Shown: positions 1 to 12,368, counted from the first letter of the whole stretch. The stretch: 59,613 bases of DNA, filler included, from Nemertoderma westbladi (GCA_032718475.1; 3 parts of 3 records of this genome joined end to end with filler, not necessarily neighbours in it), one strand, 5' to 3'. The notes: generated from the letters alone by a model not told the origin. Numbers and translations: made by a program.

Positions 1-161
1 ATAATTTACTAGTATCATTAGCTACGCATTATACTAAGCCAATAATCATATATTATAACTATATGGATTCAACAAGGGAGACTGTTACTATACAATACTG
101 AACTAACTGTACTTACTAACTGTACACTACTGCAATTGCAATACCTATATATAACTGTATA

Positions 162-998
162 ATGGAAGTCGAAGATTTTATTAAACTTCAGAATACCGTA
201 ATATCAATGATGCGCACATTTAAGACGAGAAAGAGCTTCACCATAGACGAGGAAAGAGAATTTACCGACAACGTCATGGCGATGACCTCAATGTTCTCTA
301 TCGCCATAGGCAATGTTGCGAAATCACGATCGGAATCAATTCAAGCGAAGAACGAGGTAATCGCAGCCCAAAGGAAATCCTACTCCGAGGTTCTAACGCT
401 AACTGGGCCCTCGACCCGGCCTGCCCCCAACAGATCCCAGGTGATCCCCCATTCCGGTCCGCTAAGAAAATCATCCATCGGTCCTGGCGGCTCCGGCGAC
501 CTCACCCCCGGCTCTCAGAGCAGATATCCCGACAATCGTAACACGGGAGGAAGGAGATTCTACCCGAACCAAGAAAGGCCAGCAAGCTCATCTCTACGCG
601 GTCGCAAATCAGGCGGCCCCCTGCGTGTGGTACAGCCTGAACAGCACCCCCAGCCCCCCAGGAGGGCCCACATACACATTGGTAGATTCGACCCATCCGT
701 GACCAGTGCTGAAATTTCGAAATACCTTAATGATGAAGGCTTGCCGTTCGAGGAGGTAACTGCGGTGCCCCCCCGGCCTGATGGCCTCTATCAAAGTTTC
801 CACTTAGTCTGTAATCAAGATGATCGCACTGCGCTCATGAACCCCGATGTCTGGCAAGATGGCGTGTCTATCCGGAACTATAGTCTAAGCGACGACGAAC
901 GAGCCAAATTCGGACTGAGACAGCGCACACCCAGAAGTTCACCAAACGACGGTCCCGGTACAATGTCAAATGATCAGACTGAAACGCAGCGAACCTGA
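162..998 (+). CDS. LINE ORF1 with C-terminal RRM-like domain
   Basis: HIGRFDPSVTSAEISKYL...SFHLV...NPDVWQDGVSIR resembles the ORF1 motif of CR1/L2-group elements; lies directly upstream of ORF2. Confidence 0.8.
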   Translation: MEVEDFIKLQNTVISMMRTFKTRKSFTIDEEREFTDNVMAMTSMFSIAIGNVAKSRSESIQAKNEVIAAQRKSYSEVLTLTGPSTRPAPNRSQVIPHSGPLRKSSIGPGGSGDLTPGSQSRYPDNRNTGGRRFYPNQERPASSSLRGRKSGGPLRVVQPEQHPQPPRRAHIHIGRFDPSVTSAEISKYLNDEGLPFEEVTAVPPRPDGLYQSFHLVCNQDDRTALMNPDVWQDGVSIRNYSLSDDERAKFGLRQRTPRSSPNDGPGTMSNDQTETQRT

Positions 999-1037
999 CA
1001 AACATCCCCGTTACCTCCGCCCACAGTCTGCCAACCG

Positions 1038-3827
1038 TTGTATATCAAACTGTCACTATGGAATGTGGAAGGACTGCAGTTCCTTCTAGACAATCTCACA
1101 GAGGACGAACTCCTACATGATGATGACATTATTTTACTAACAGAGACTTTTTACACGAAATCAACAATTACCACTGGGACAAAAGGATACTACCCCTTTC
1201 TCGAGCCTGCTATAAAAGCAGTGCGAGGTCGCCCATCAGGCGGTCTCGGAATTCTGTGCAAACCTGAACTCAGACCAAACTTACTAGCCAGCGAGAAAGA
1301 ATATTTATTAGTTAAAACTCAGAACGCCTATTTTATTGTATTATATTTTAACCCAGATACAGCCATCGAAGATATTATTCTCTCCATATCAGGCGCCCTT
1401 ACCAACACAAACCCACAATGGACGATAGTTATTGGGGGCGACTTCAACTGCCGCATCGACACTGGTCGACGTGGATCAGATCTCTGCGCGTTTCTCAACA
1501 GCCTGGGCTTTACGTGTCTTAATGACCCGCACAAGACAACCTATATTTCACCTCAAGGTGAAAGTTGTATTGACCTCATATTCGTCAAATATCCCGGGAT
1601 CATCCCGGAACTGTCGCAAACTACCGTTATAAACAACCCTATCCGGAAGCACCAACGTGTAGCTATCAGCATACAAATTCCTAATGAACTTTCGCAGGTA
1701 ACAACTAGACCACCACTGCTCAGCAGGAAGATCGATCGCCACAAACTTGAATCCAACATTACTGATCTTAATGGCACAATTGAAACGGCGCTATCTAATA
1801 ATGAAATTGACACCGCTGCAAATCTGCTGTCGCAAATCATAATCGACTCAACCGTGCCGAAGACCGGGGGCATAAAACACGGGAAGCCATGGTACGACGC
1901 TGAGTGTCGTCAACTAAAGAGTTCACTAATGGTAGCAATGCGAGCTCGCAACGTATCGACAGGCGACAACCAGCGCTTTTGGAACCTACGCAAAGAGTAT
2001 AAACAGGTTATAAAATCAAAGCGATCACAGTACGACGAGAACCAACTCCTCGATAAGATAAACCGAGCTGAAGTGAAGCCGTGGTCTCTTTTTCAAACGC
2101 ACATTCCCACTGTAGCACCCATTGATACAACCAAACTCGAAACCCATTTCACTAATTTATTTAGCGAGCCGAATAATCCGCCAAACTGCCCACAGATCCC
2201 TACAACAAGCAATTCCGAGCTCGACGCCGATGAATGGTTCAACAATGACTTTACAACGAACGAGGTTCTGGAGGCCATCTCAGAATCGGCAAACAACAAA
2301 TCGTGTGGACTAGACCAAATCTTCTACGAACACTTAAAACTTGTGGCGCCATTTATTATAACCTTTCTCACGATACTATATAACGTATGTCTCCACCTCG
2401 GAAGAATCCCAGTGGCCTGGAAACAGAGTTTAATTAAAATTTTGTACAAGGCCACCGGAGCAATTACAAACCCTGATAACTACCGCGGCATTGCCTTGCT
2501 TTCGGTTTTCCTTAAAGTTCTAACCGCGATTATAAACAAGCGAGTACGCAAAGAAATAAAGAACCGCATCCCTGACGTCCAGTATGGCTTTGTGCCGGGT
2601 AAGTCAACTCGCCACGCAGCCGATAAACTACTCTCCGACATATCCTCCAGCAAACACACCACCTTTGCCGCTTTCGTCGACTTTCGTAAAGCCTTCGATG
2701 TCGTTAGCAGGGCTATGCTACTCTATAAATTATACAGTTTCGGTATCAAAGGGAAATTATTCAATATCATCAGAGACATACTAGACAACTGGATTCAGGT
2801 TTACGACGGTCTAAGTTTATCTAACATCATCCACCAACTACGGGGTATATTACAGGGGGACTGCTTTTCGCCAACCGCCTTCATTATATTTATAACAGAC
2901 CTAGCTTGTGCAATCCGAATAGCTACCGACCTCGTTAAACTAATATTTTACGCCGATGACCTAGTGCTCTACTCCGACAACCGCGAAGAACTACAGCGCG
3001 CCCTTAATGCCTTACACAGCTGGTGTCTAATCAATGGTATGACGGTCAATCTTAAAAAGACTAAAATTATAAAGTTTCGAAAAGCCGGTCGCCTCGCCCT
3101 TTCTGATAAATTCACCTATGATGGGAAAATAATTGAAATCGTAAACAAATATGAATATCTCGGTTTAATTCTACAACCTTCTCTATGTTTCACAGAACAC
3201 ATCCAGCAAAAGAAAATAAAGGCTCACTCAATTACTGGCTCCATGCGACACCTCCCGCTTCTCTCAATCGAAACAGGACTAAAAATATTTAACATGAAAA
3301 TCTACCCCGCAGCACTATATCTCATAACATCGTATGGCAAATATCTTACTTTCAAAAATCTAAAGGAACTGGACAAAATTAAAACAAGTTATATCAAGAG
3401 AATGTTGTCACTGCACTCGTCATCCTCCTCCACTCTCGCTTTAATGTTAGTTGGGGAAATCTCTCTAATGGAAACCGTCATAAATAAATACCCGGACCTA
3501 ATCACTGCCAACGTCCGCACAGCATACCTCGATTTCCGGCGCGAACGCGAAGCCAACGTCATATCGGAAGGCTACCTAAACGGCCCTGCCTTTGCTTGTT
3601 CCGTATGGAAGCAACCGGGCCAACGGAATCGCCACCACATCACCCGGGCCACGTCGCACGGATTCCACCACCTGATCTGCGCCACCAACACTCGGTTCCA
3701 CACCATCTCTGTAGACTGTCTGTGCCGCCACTGCCACAACCAATGTGGGAACCGCTACCACGCCCTTAACTGCGCCGCTTGTCCCAACCTGGCAGTTCTC
3801 GCCTCGACCATTAACTTACGAAACTAA
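1038..3827 (+). CDS. LINE ORF2: APE endonuclease, reverse transcriptase, C-terminal Cys/His domain
   Basis: APE motifs WNVEGL, LTET, GDFN, IDL; RT motifs NYRGIALL, FVDFRKAFD, GILQG, YADD, YLG; C-terminal CLCRHC...HALNC; no internal stops; start is non-ATG (TTG). Confidence 0.95.
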   Translation: MYIKLSLWNVEGLQFLLDNLTEDELLHDDDIILLTETFYTKSTITTGTKGYYPFLEPAIKAVRGRPSGGLGILCKPELRPNLLASEKEYLLVKTQNAYFIVLYFNPDTAIEDIILSISGALTNTNPQWTIVIGGDFNCRIDTGRRGSDLCAFLNSLGFTCLNDPHKTTYISPQGESCIDLIFVKYPGIIPELSQTTVINNPIRKHQRVAISIQIPNELSQVTTRPPLLSRKIDRHKLESNITDLNGTIETALSNNEIDTAANLLSQIIIDSTVPKTGGIKHGKPWYDAECRQLKSSLMVAMRARNVSTGDNQRFWNLRKEYKQVIKSKRSQYDENQLLDKINRAEVKPWSLFQTHIPTVAPIDTTKLETHFTNLFSEPNNPPNCPQIPTTSNSELDADEWFNNDFTTNEVLEAISESANNKSCGLDQIFYEHLKLVAPFIITFLTILYNVCLHLGRIPVAWKQSLIKILYKATGAITNPDNYRGIALLSVFLKVLTAIINKRVRKEIKNRIPDVQYGFVPGKSTRHAADKLLSDISSSKHTTFAAFVDFRKAFDVVSRAMLLYKLYSFGIKGKLFNIIRDILDNWIQVYDGLSLSNIIHQLRGILQGDCFSPTAFIIFITDLACAIRIATDLVKLIFYADDLVLYSDNREELQRALNALHSWCLINGMTVNLKKTKIIKFRKAGRLALSDKFTYDGKIIEIVNKYEYLGLILQPSLCFTEHIQQKKIKAHSITGSMRHLPLLSIETGLKIFNMKIYPAALYLITSYGKYLTFKNLKELDKIKTSYIKRMLSLHSSSSSTLALMLVGEISLMETVINKYPDLITANVRTAYLDFRREREANVISEGYLNGPAFACSVWKQPGQRNRHHITRATSHGFHHLICATNTRFHTISVDCLCRHCHNQCGNRYHALNCAACPNLAVLASTINLRN

Positions 3828-4274
3828 TATTTATTTTATTTTATATCCATTTTACTGTTAAATATAATATTGATTTTACCGAATTTCATTTACCCCGTTG
3901 GGGAGTGTATATTATTATATTATTATTATACTAAGCCAGCAAAGTTTATATCCAAACCCAGAAAGTAATTAAAATTATTGATCAATATGGACTATTAAAA
4001 TCTTCAAAAGTTATTCACGAATGAATTTTTCATTACAGACGGACCGACAGACATACGGACAGACAGGCAGGCGGACATGAAATGTTGCCCTATTTACTAA
4101 TTATAATGCTCTAAGGTTCGCCCTGACTGTGTGGCTCGCACCACAACCCTTGCCATGTACCCCAACACAATGTTCCTTATGCAAACGAGTGAGCCTTTAA
4201 TTTAACCAAATAATGCAAGTAGCACCCCCCCCCCCCCCCCCCCCCCCCAATGAAATTTGTAAAATATTAATTAT

Positions 4275-7200
4275 TTAAATACTTTTACTACCCGCAGTCC
4301 CAAGTTCTCTCGTCTAGACATTTGGATGGTAATTTCTAGAACTTCAGATAATGACATATTTCGTCTCAAGCGGTACAGAACAGCAATTTGTAAAGATTCT
4401 CTGGCGTCTATATTTGTTTCCTCGAGACCGTTTCCAGAGAAACCAGTAACGAAAGCATATGGTTGCTATGGTTGTAAATTTTGGTTGTCTGACCAGTTTG
4501 GCCATTGGCCCAACCGATGTTCGAATCGGTGCCTTTCTCAGATTCGCTGCCTCTCCTATATATATTTCCTCAGGGAAAGGGACACTGACCAAAATATAAA
4601 GAAACCCACAGGAATCGTCTGGGATTTGAATATCCATTGCAAAACAATGGTGCAGTTGTACTAATGGTGGTGGGTGAGTTAGCACAGGAACAGGGGTTGG
4701 TCCTGATGGTTGTTGACCCTGATTGTGTAGTGTAATAACATTTAATCTATTTATCATGTCGCTTAATCTATTTATCATGTCGCTTATGTGCTGCTTGATT
4801 GGTTGGTTCTTTTTTAGCAATATTCTTATTTATAGCAATGTTTCCTCTTTGGGACCAACAAAATATAGGAACTGCAAATAATGAGGTCGTGAAATGGTTA
4901 CGTGGAGTTGCGGTTTCAGCCACATACACCAAATAGAATCCTGGCGACCTGTCTTTGTAGCAACACATGGGCATGTCTCACCCAAAATTCTGTGGACAGT
5001 GCAAGCGGCTACATGGTGTACTGGCCACTGTTCCCTTCTCGCTTTCTGCAGATCAGTCCCAACTCTCACTTCTGGAGTTACATGTAAACCAAGGGATATA
5101 AGAGGGTAGGTTGCTAAATTCTCAAAATCCACAATACCATGAGCAAAGGGAATGAGGTGGCACATTAGATGTTGGTCCTCGGGTGTTGGGAGTCGTTCGA
5201 TGACAACTAGTTGGCCTTGGGAGAATGTATGTCCACCAGTGGTACCATTGTATTTAATCTACAGTAATTAATATCTCCTTGGCTTCCCTCACCTCATTAT
5301 CTAATATCTTTGATACTCTCGGTGAAGCATCAACCTAATTACCAACATGGTTTTCCATTTCATCCTTGGATGTATATATAATCGCTACAATGTTTGGGTC
5401 TTGTTGGAGGGAGTCCAGGAAGAGCCGGGTTGCTTCTCATTCAGCTGACCTTTTACCAACAACTCTCACACATTCCTTTGGAATGTCATTCCAAGTATCT
5501 ACAAACTGGAAATGGGTGGAAAGGAGGACAATTATACGGTCTTCAACTTCCTGGGATAATGGGTGCTTCCTAAAAAGTTCTAGAACTTACCGCAGAGCAG
5601 ATCGTACATAGCCTGATAACTTTGCATCCTGAAAGACAGAAAGGAATTGTGGAGACAACCATATCTGGGTACCTTGGATGGGTGGCAGTTGTTCGTGGTC
5701 TCCGCTGGCAAGAATTAATCTCCAAATGGCAACTGAGTTTTTGTAATCTTTTTCAAAACATGATCCAGATCAGCCAAAAGCTCGCCACATAGCAGTCCTA
5801 TCTCCTCTATGAGAATCACATCCAGGCCTTGGAGAATGGCATATTTTTTAGATGATTTTGCCAAATTGTAAAGTGATTCCTCAGATAATTTAGATATTTC
5901 GAAACCTTTGGAACCAGAATTTCCAGACTTTCTAGACTCTATCAAACATAAAAATTGATATTGGAAATGAAATGCCCGACCCCGAAAACCCCCACAATGG
6001 AAATTTTAGCTAGCTGGTGTGATTTATTAAAATTAGACGGACAACTGATGGACAAACAGACAGACATACAGACCGACAGACAGACAGTCTAGATTCTACC
6101 AAACATAAAAATTAACATCAGAAATGAAATCTCCGACCCCGAAAACCCCATATCGAAATTTCTTGTTAGTTTATCATTCTAACTGACGGACATTATTAAA
6201 CTGACATTCTTTGATATTCACAGACAGTTTTCGCGGTAAGGTTCAAAAAAGGACATTTTGTTTTTGTCATTTACTCCTATTTCATTTTTTGGACACTTTT
6301 AGTCACTAAAAATGTATCTCCTCCTTCAATTTTTATCCGATTTGGCTAATTTTTTTTTGTTTGAAAGCCCTGTCTCTCCTGAACAGAACCCTTAGATGGA
6401 TTTTTGAATTTCGCTCTAGTTTTCGAGAAAAGTTAGATTAAAGCTTATGTAGTCTATAATAATGAAAATTTGATGACTTCGTGTCACAAAAAGTGCAATA
6501 AAATCATTTTGAAAACGAAATTCAAAAATTCCTCTAAGGATTCTGTAAAGGGATAGTCAGTGCACATTTTCAGTTTCACCAATTTTCAGACCAAAATACT
6601 CAAAATTGTAGGAGGGGAGGAGATACATTTTAAGAACGGACCAATCAAAATTTCGTTTAATTGGCTATTAGCCTATCAGAAGCGAGTATTTTAGATGTGT
6701 GACCCCAGAAATGGAAAGCCCGTCCAATTACCTTTCAGAATATATATATATGTCCTAGTATCCAATGATATACTATGGTGTATTTTAAACATTACCAAAA
6801 GGTTGCCAAATCCAACTACCCCCCCCCCCCCCCCCTTAACTCTGCAGCAGGAATGTTTAAATGTTTTTCTACAAAACCTTTTATTAAGTTGTCTTTCATT
6901 GCTGCCTCCTCTCTAATAACTTCCAAGACTAATCCTTTCTGATAATATAACGGCATCAACTTGTTTGTTTCCATGGCAAAGACAAGAGTTGATGGAGATG
7001 AATTCTCCCAAGCTGCAGTGAGGGAAAGACGCAATCCTTTGGCCATGGCATTGGCGCCAGCAAGAAGGAGAATAATATGTATTTTACCTGTTCCAAGGGG
7101 ACCAACAATAATAATCGGGTTTACAAAAGTTGACGTAGGTATAAGGAATTTATCAATGGTGTCACAGCAGTGTGCTAATGTCTGCTGCTGTTCTAGTAAT

Positions 7201-9160
7201 GACTGATTACTCTGTGATTGTGTCTGCTGTAATTCTGGTCGCCATGGTAATGGTGTTTCTCGAGTTGCATTACATAGTAACGAATGTTGGTTCTAGAAAT
7301 GGTTTCCAACCGAATAACATTGGCAGTAACCTTATGGCATAAAAGGGCTTCCTGTGCCAATGGCAGTGCTGTGAACGGTACACCATCCCCACCCAGAAAG
7401 GACGTTAGTACGGCATCAGCTGTTTGCAGCATTCTTTCCATCTGTCATGTACTAACTGCGTAGTGGTACAGCTGTTCTATGAGGTACCTCCTACGCAGGT
7501 TCTTAATGTCAGCTTCAGTGATACTTCTCCAATCTGGAACTAGCTTACACAAACCGGAACTTTCTAAAATACATTTTTAAAGACCAGTTCAGTTTCAAAC
7601 TTTCCCAGAGACAACATCAAATGTATTAGAAACTTTTCGGTTTGGTAAGGAGTTATATTGGCGAAAACCACTATAACTGGCTTAGTACACAACTTGTTGA
7701 CAAAAAGTTTGGTGCATTCACGATCACCGGTGACTAACGGGTGGAATATCTGGGTTAGCAGTTCAAAGGCAAGGGGAACCCCATTACTTACCTGAATTGT
7801 CAGGAATTCCACCGCTTTTTCTATGCCACACCAACGCAGTTGGACATGTCTACTGTATCCATTAATCCAAATACATTCACTCAATGTGTTATTCAAGTTG
7901 TAATCACCAGTGTAATTTGCTGTAATAAAACATTTTGTATAGATTTCTAGAGTATTGAATGGCATGAGTTCTGGGGGAAGGAGATTAAATGCAGTAAAGG
8001 TATCAGCGCAATAAGAGCTGGAAATGTAGTCTTGAATGAGAATAACTTGCGAGTTTGTGAACTGTCTGATAAGGGGTAGATGGACCCTTTTATTTACTGG
8101 CAGTATGGCGCCATCTGCATCTATTAACTTTTTTGCTTTGATACTTGGGAATAAATGGACTATACCGCTTCTGGTTTCTGGCGTTACGGTTTGGAGGTGA
8201 AGGAATGTCACACTGGTGGTAAAATAATCAAATTTTAAGGAATGAAAAATTAATTAATTCATTTGTACTGATAATACGACTTGTGTACCTCTTGCTACCT
8301 TTCATTGCCCATTTTTCCTCAGCTATTCTCGCCCCTGTAATTTTTTCGTTAACCTGAGAATGTTCCTCCCCCCCTAAATTCACCCGCCACTTTTGTTTCT
8401 TCGAGTATATGTTTCCGATGTTCCTCCTTGTCAGCGCCGTATTTCAGTAAATAGGCCTTCATAAAGCGCACAGCACATACATGAACATTAGTACAAGCAC
8501 GCATTAGAACAAAGATTCGAGGTATTGTTGGAACGAAGAATTCGTGTGCCATAGCAGCGTACTGATATGACCCAGCAACGAATTCATCGTTCACAACAAT
8601 ATTATTATCGATATCCTTGAAGGCTAATCCTAAATCTAAGAGTGATTCCAGGAAAGTGTCAGAATAGAGGTTTTCTTTTGGGACAAATTTTGATTTTCCT
8701 GACTCCGGATATTTAGTGAATCAGCAAATTGGTTATCCATTTTTATCAGTGCATTTTTTACACCAAGGCCCCGCGCTGTTGCAGTTATGTGTTTGTAAGT
8801 TTTGTAAGTGGTCCAAAAATTTATATTTATCCTGTACATCTCGTACTACCCCCTCTGTAATCAGATTGTCGATATCAGTCCCAAAACAGGCGTGAAACAA
8901 ACTTTTCGATTGCCAACAAATTCTGGAGAGGGATGTTTTGGTGTCCTCCTTATGCAGTGTGATGCCCATGTGTACGTGAGGTTTATTGCCAATGGCCTTC
9001 TGGTCCTGGAATTCCATTCTGGCCCACAAGCTTTCCACATGGCCGACGGGTTGCTCTTTGCTGAATTCCAGCCAAATTTAATACATAGTGTACAGTCCGC
9101 ATCCGCCATTTGTCCCCAGCCGCTTGGTGAATTCCCGACCAATCTCGGGAACCTCGATGA
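4275..9160 (-). pseudogene. Decayed Helitron-like RepHel: HUH Rep, Pif1 helicase and C-terminal GIY-YIG nuclease
   Basis: Collinear minus-strand fragments: WARMEFQ..GNKPHVH, QTHNC..C, YLLKY; Walker A GPLGTGK (7083-7103), LIEEIGLL..PFG, GDHEQLPPI, REQWPV..ACTVHR..GET, HVTISR; then GFLYILVS..IYIGEA. Many stops and frameshifts. Confidence 0.85.
5925..6830. mobile_element. Non-coding insertion(s) splitting the helicase, including a HINE/DINE-1-like (ACAG/GTCY)n segment
   Basis: Separates the Walker A and Walker B fragments; ~157-bp internal duplication (5932/6089) and acagacagac microsatellite; boundaries approximate. Confidence 0.5.
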
Positions 9161-10358
9161 CCTTTGATGATTTGTACATTATTATTCGTATTTGTATACA
9201 AAGATGAATAGGATATCAAATATTACCGATTATTATACAGTATATGTCCGATTTGTAAATAATTTTTCTCCTAATTGACATAGATTGATGTGCAGTTCTA
9301 TTATATATAATATTTTGAATTCCAGAACTTAGTTTTGATTGGTTGATTTGAGCAATACTGTTCTGATTGGCTAAAACAAAATGGTATTTGTTAGGCGGTT
9401 TGGGTGGTAGGTTTATCCGTTAAGTACTAGTACTGGTACCAGTAGGCCTACCAGTATTAAACCTTTGATATCTGAGGCATATCAGGGCATTGTATGTACT
9501 TATTAATATAAGAAAGCAATGTCTAGTGATGGTCCAGATAATGTTCTTCGGAATTTTGTAAAAATAATGGAAAGTCAATCCTGATTATAAAAAGTGCAAG
9601 TCAATCAACAGCTTGGTTTAGTTAATGTTGTAATGTTATATATATACCTAAAACTAAAAGAGATTTAAAACACTGATAGATAATAAATAATTGATAATAT
9701 AAAAAGGAAAGTACATATATAGTATTTACATAGAATACTACTATAAAAAAAGGAAAGTAAATTAAACTGATCAAGTAAAAACTTATCTAATGTGGACTCA
9801 GACTGCTTAGTGTCACCATGTCTTTAAATGGTACTAAAATTCTCATGCCCCATATCACATCTAGTAGCCAGTATTTGTCTTACAAATATAATTATTATAG
9901 TTATTACTGGTATTTACTGGGATATGGCTTCTTCAATTGCTATATAACTTTACAGTTTATAAAAGTAGAGTCCAGATATGATATAGTTTATTTTTTTTTA
10001 TTTTAGAGTAAAAGAAAGGGAATTACTGGAAGAGTTCATTCCAGAATAGTTAGTCTAGATAAGTCCATAACTATATGCAACAATACTGCACAATCCGACT
10101 CTGTTCTAACCACCCTATTTCCCCCTAAACAAACTACAAAAATTGCACCTAGTAGTATTAAGTACCCCGGCAGATCCTGTCGCACAGAGGTCGGTAACAC
10201 TGGTCGAATCCGGATCCGATCCGGTCGTGATCAGAACCCAGTCCAATTATTACAAGTACTCAAGCCATGAAACTGTTTTCTGCATATCGCACACCTATTG
10301 GCATTTCGGGACTGTTTATTACAGTATTAGGCCATGTCACAACATATCCAGGAGGTAG

Positions 10359-10808
10359 GGGGCCGTCCAAGTATGACGTCAGCACTTTAGGGGGGGGGGG
10401 GGGAGGGGGGTTGGGAAAATCTGATGACGTGCTGATGAGGGGAGGGGAGGGGGTCAGCCAAAATCTGACGTCAGCATGTTCATTTATAGGTGCTAGAAGA
10501 TATATAGCTATTGAGGATAGATTCAGTCCCTGGCTGATTGAATAACTATTATTATATTATAATATTAATTAATAATTTACTATATAATTATATAATTCAT
10601 AATTTGATTAAAAATAATAATTGAATGATTTACAAGTGATTATAAATAATCTTCATAATATAATAGTTTATTACAAATTTTTTTTTTAATCTGATTTAGG
10701 GGAGGGGGGGGGGGGGGGTATCAACGCCTATCTGATGACATCTGATTTAGGGGAGGGAGGGGGTCAACATTTTGGGGAAAAGTGCAGACGTCATACTTGG
10801 ACGGCCCC
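10359..10808. mobile_element. PIF/Harbinger-like MITE
   Basis: TIR GGGGCCGTCCAAGTATGACGTC at both ends; 3-bp TSD TAG (10356-10358, 10809-10811); empty site ggaggTAGtgataag visible in copy 2 (~15350). Confidence 0.9.
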
Positions 10809-11144
10809 TAGTGATAAGTTCAGAGTCCTCAATAGAGTTTCCTCAATAGAGGGAATATTGAAAGATATAACATATTTTAACTTTTGCACCTTGAGGCAAT
10901 CATTTGTTGTAAAAAAAGGTGTACCTATAAAAAACGACCAGCTATTGTCCCCTTTGGGAACACTATATGGGAACGTATTTCTGCTGCAAAGTAATATAGT
11001 AAAATTGAACCAAATACTGTTTGACTATTGATGTAGGTAGGACGAATGCAATATAGTATATATATAGTAATATATATAGTATAGCAGAAATAAACCTTAT
11101 TATGCTATTTTTTGTCCCATTCGGGAACAATTTATGGTGTATAG

Positions 11145-11402
11145 GCTCGGCTCAGGACGCGAGAATATGTCTAATTGAGCACAGTAGGGCGTGTTGGCTG
11201 GCGTCAGGATGCGAGAAAAGATCTAATGGAGCACAGGAGGGTATGTTGGACCGGCTCTGGATGCTAGAATAGATCTAATGGAGCGCAGTAGGGCGAGATG
11301 GCTGGGCTCAGGACGCGAGAATATATCTAATGGAGCGCAGGAGGGTGTGTTGGCTGGGCTCAGAACGCGAGAATATATCTAATGGAGCGCAGTAGGGCAT
11401 GT
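11145..11402. repeat. ~52-bp tandem repeat, about 5 copies (also at ~15688-15948)
   Basis: Unit ggctcaggacgcgagaatatatctaatggagcgcagtagggcgtgttggctg. Confidence 0.85.
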
Positions 11403-11891
11403 TAGATTTCTCTTATATAAATGGGATATGCCCATTTCTGTAGGCCTATTCAATTTCAAGTACTGGTAGAAATGTTTTAACAGTATTATTTTATGAAGGT
11501 CCAATAAATAAAATCAAAAAAGGTTCGACCATCTACTTACGGTACCAACTGACCAAGTTATATATACCATATACCATTGAAGATCACTGACTGGCTGATA
11601 CTGATTTCTGTCCATTGCCCCTTACTGCCATAGTTAGATACAGTACTGTTTATTGAATGTCTATAAGGCTCTGCCAGAATGAGTGATTACTTCAGTATTC
11701 TCATTGTACTGCTGTACTGACTGATTGATATGTGAATGAAATTCAAATTTGAGGCTTATTTTTTTTACCCTACCCCCTAATTTTTTTTGGTAGCTAAAAA
11801 AAATAAGTTGAAAATGTAATTTGCCTAACTTAAAATTATTTATTATTTTGTTTGTGATAGACATTGACTACATATGAGTTGGCTTGGCATG

Positions 11892-12198
11892 CATACAATT
11901 AGGTGCACTGTTATTTACATATTAAATATCAGACTGTATTGAAAAATTATCTTCGCAAAGCATATTCATAGAACTTTGGCACTGGCATTGAAGTGGTGCA
12001 CTTTTTGAATTATTCTTATTCTAAACATTTAATATCTTTGGTCATATCATACAATTAGGTGCACTGTTATTTACATATTAAATATCAGACTGTATTGAAA
12101 AATTATCTTCGCAAAGCATATTCATAGAACTTTGGCACTGGCATTGAAGTGGTGCACTTTTTGAATTATTCTTATTCTAAACATTTAATATCTTTGGT
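11892..12198. repeat. ~156-bp tandem duplication between the two segmental copies
   Basis: catacaattaggtgcactg...atctttggt occurs twice in a row. Confidence 0.85.
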
Positions 12199-12368
12199 TT
12201 TAGGAAATGATGCTCTTTCTGATGCAACAACAATATTTCCTATAAATATGCATTATATGGTAGAACTTTACTTATTTGTATTTAGCTGCCTATTTCCACT
12301 TTTTTTTAGCCGTCAGCACTATGAGAGATATTGGGCAATAATTGTTCGGGTCAGCTGGGTCATCTTTT

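Larger units (their letters stand above)
42..3924 (+). mobile_element. Full-length APE-type non-LTR retrotransposon (CR1/L2 group sensu lato)
   Basis: Two ORFs, (TAT)n-like 3' tail at ~3909-3924, and a perfect 14-bp TSD ATTATACTAAGCCA at 28-41 and 3925-3938. Confidence 0.9.

Noticed and set aside
502-2784. Short antisense or alternative-frame ORFs overlapping the LINE (likewise over the CRE, Gypsy and DNAAF9)
   Set aside because: Shadow ORFs of real coding regions, with no recognisable motifs
10420-10445. CTGATGA motifs in the MITE as hammerhead cores
   Set aside because: No properly placed stem II and GAAA; they are subterminal repeats
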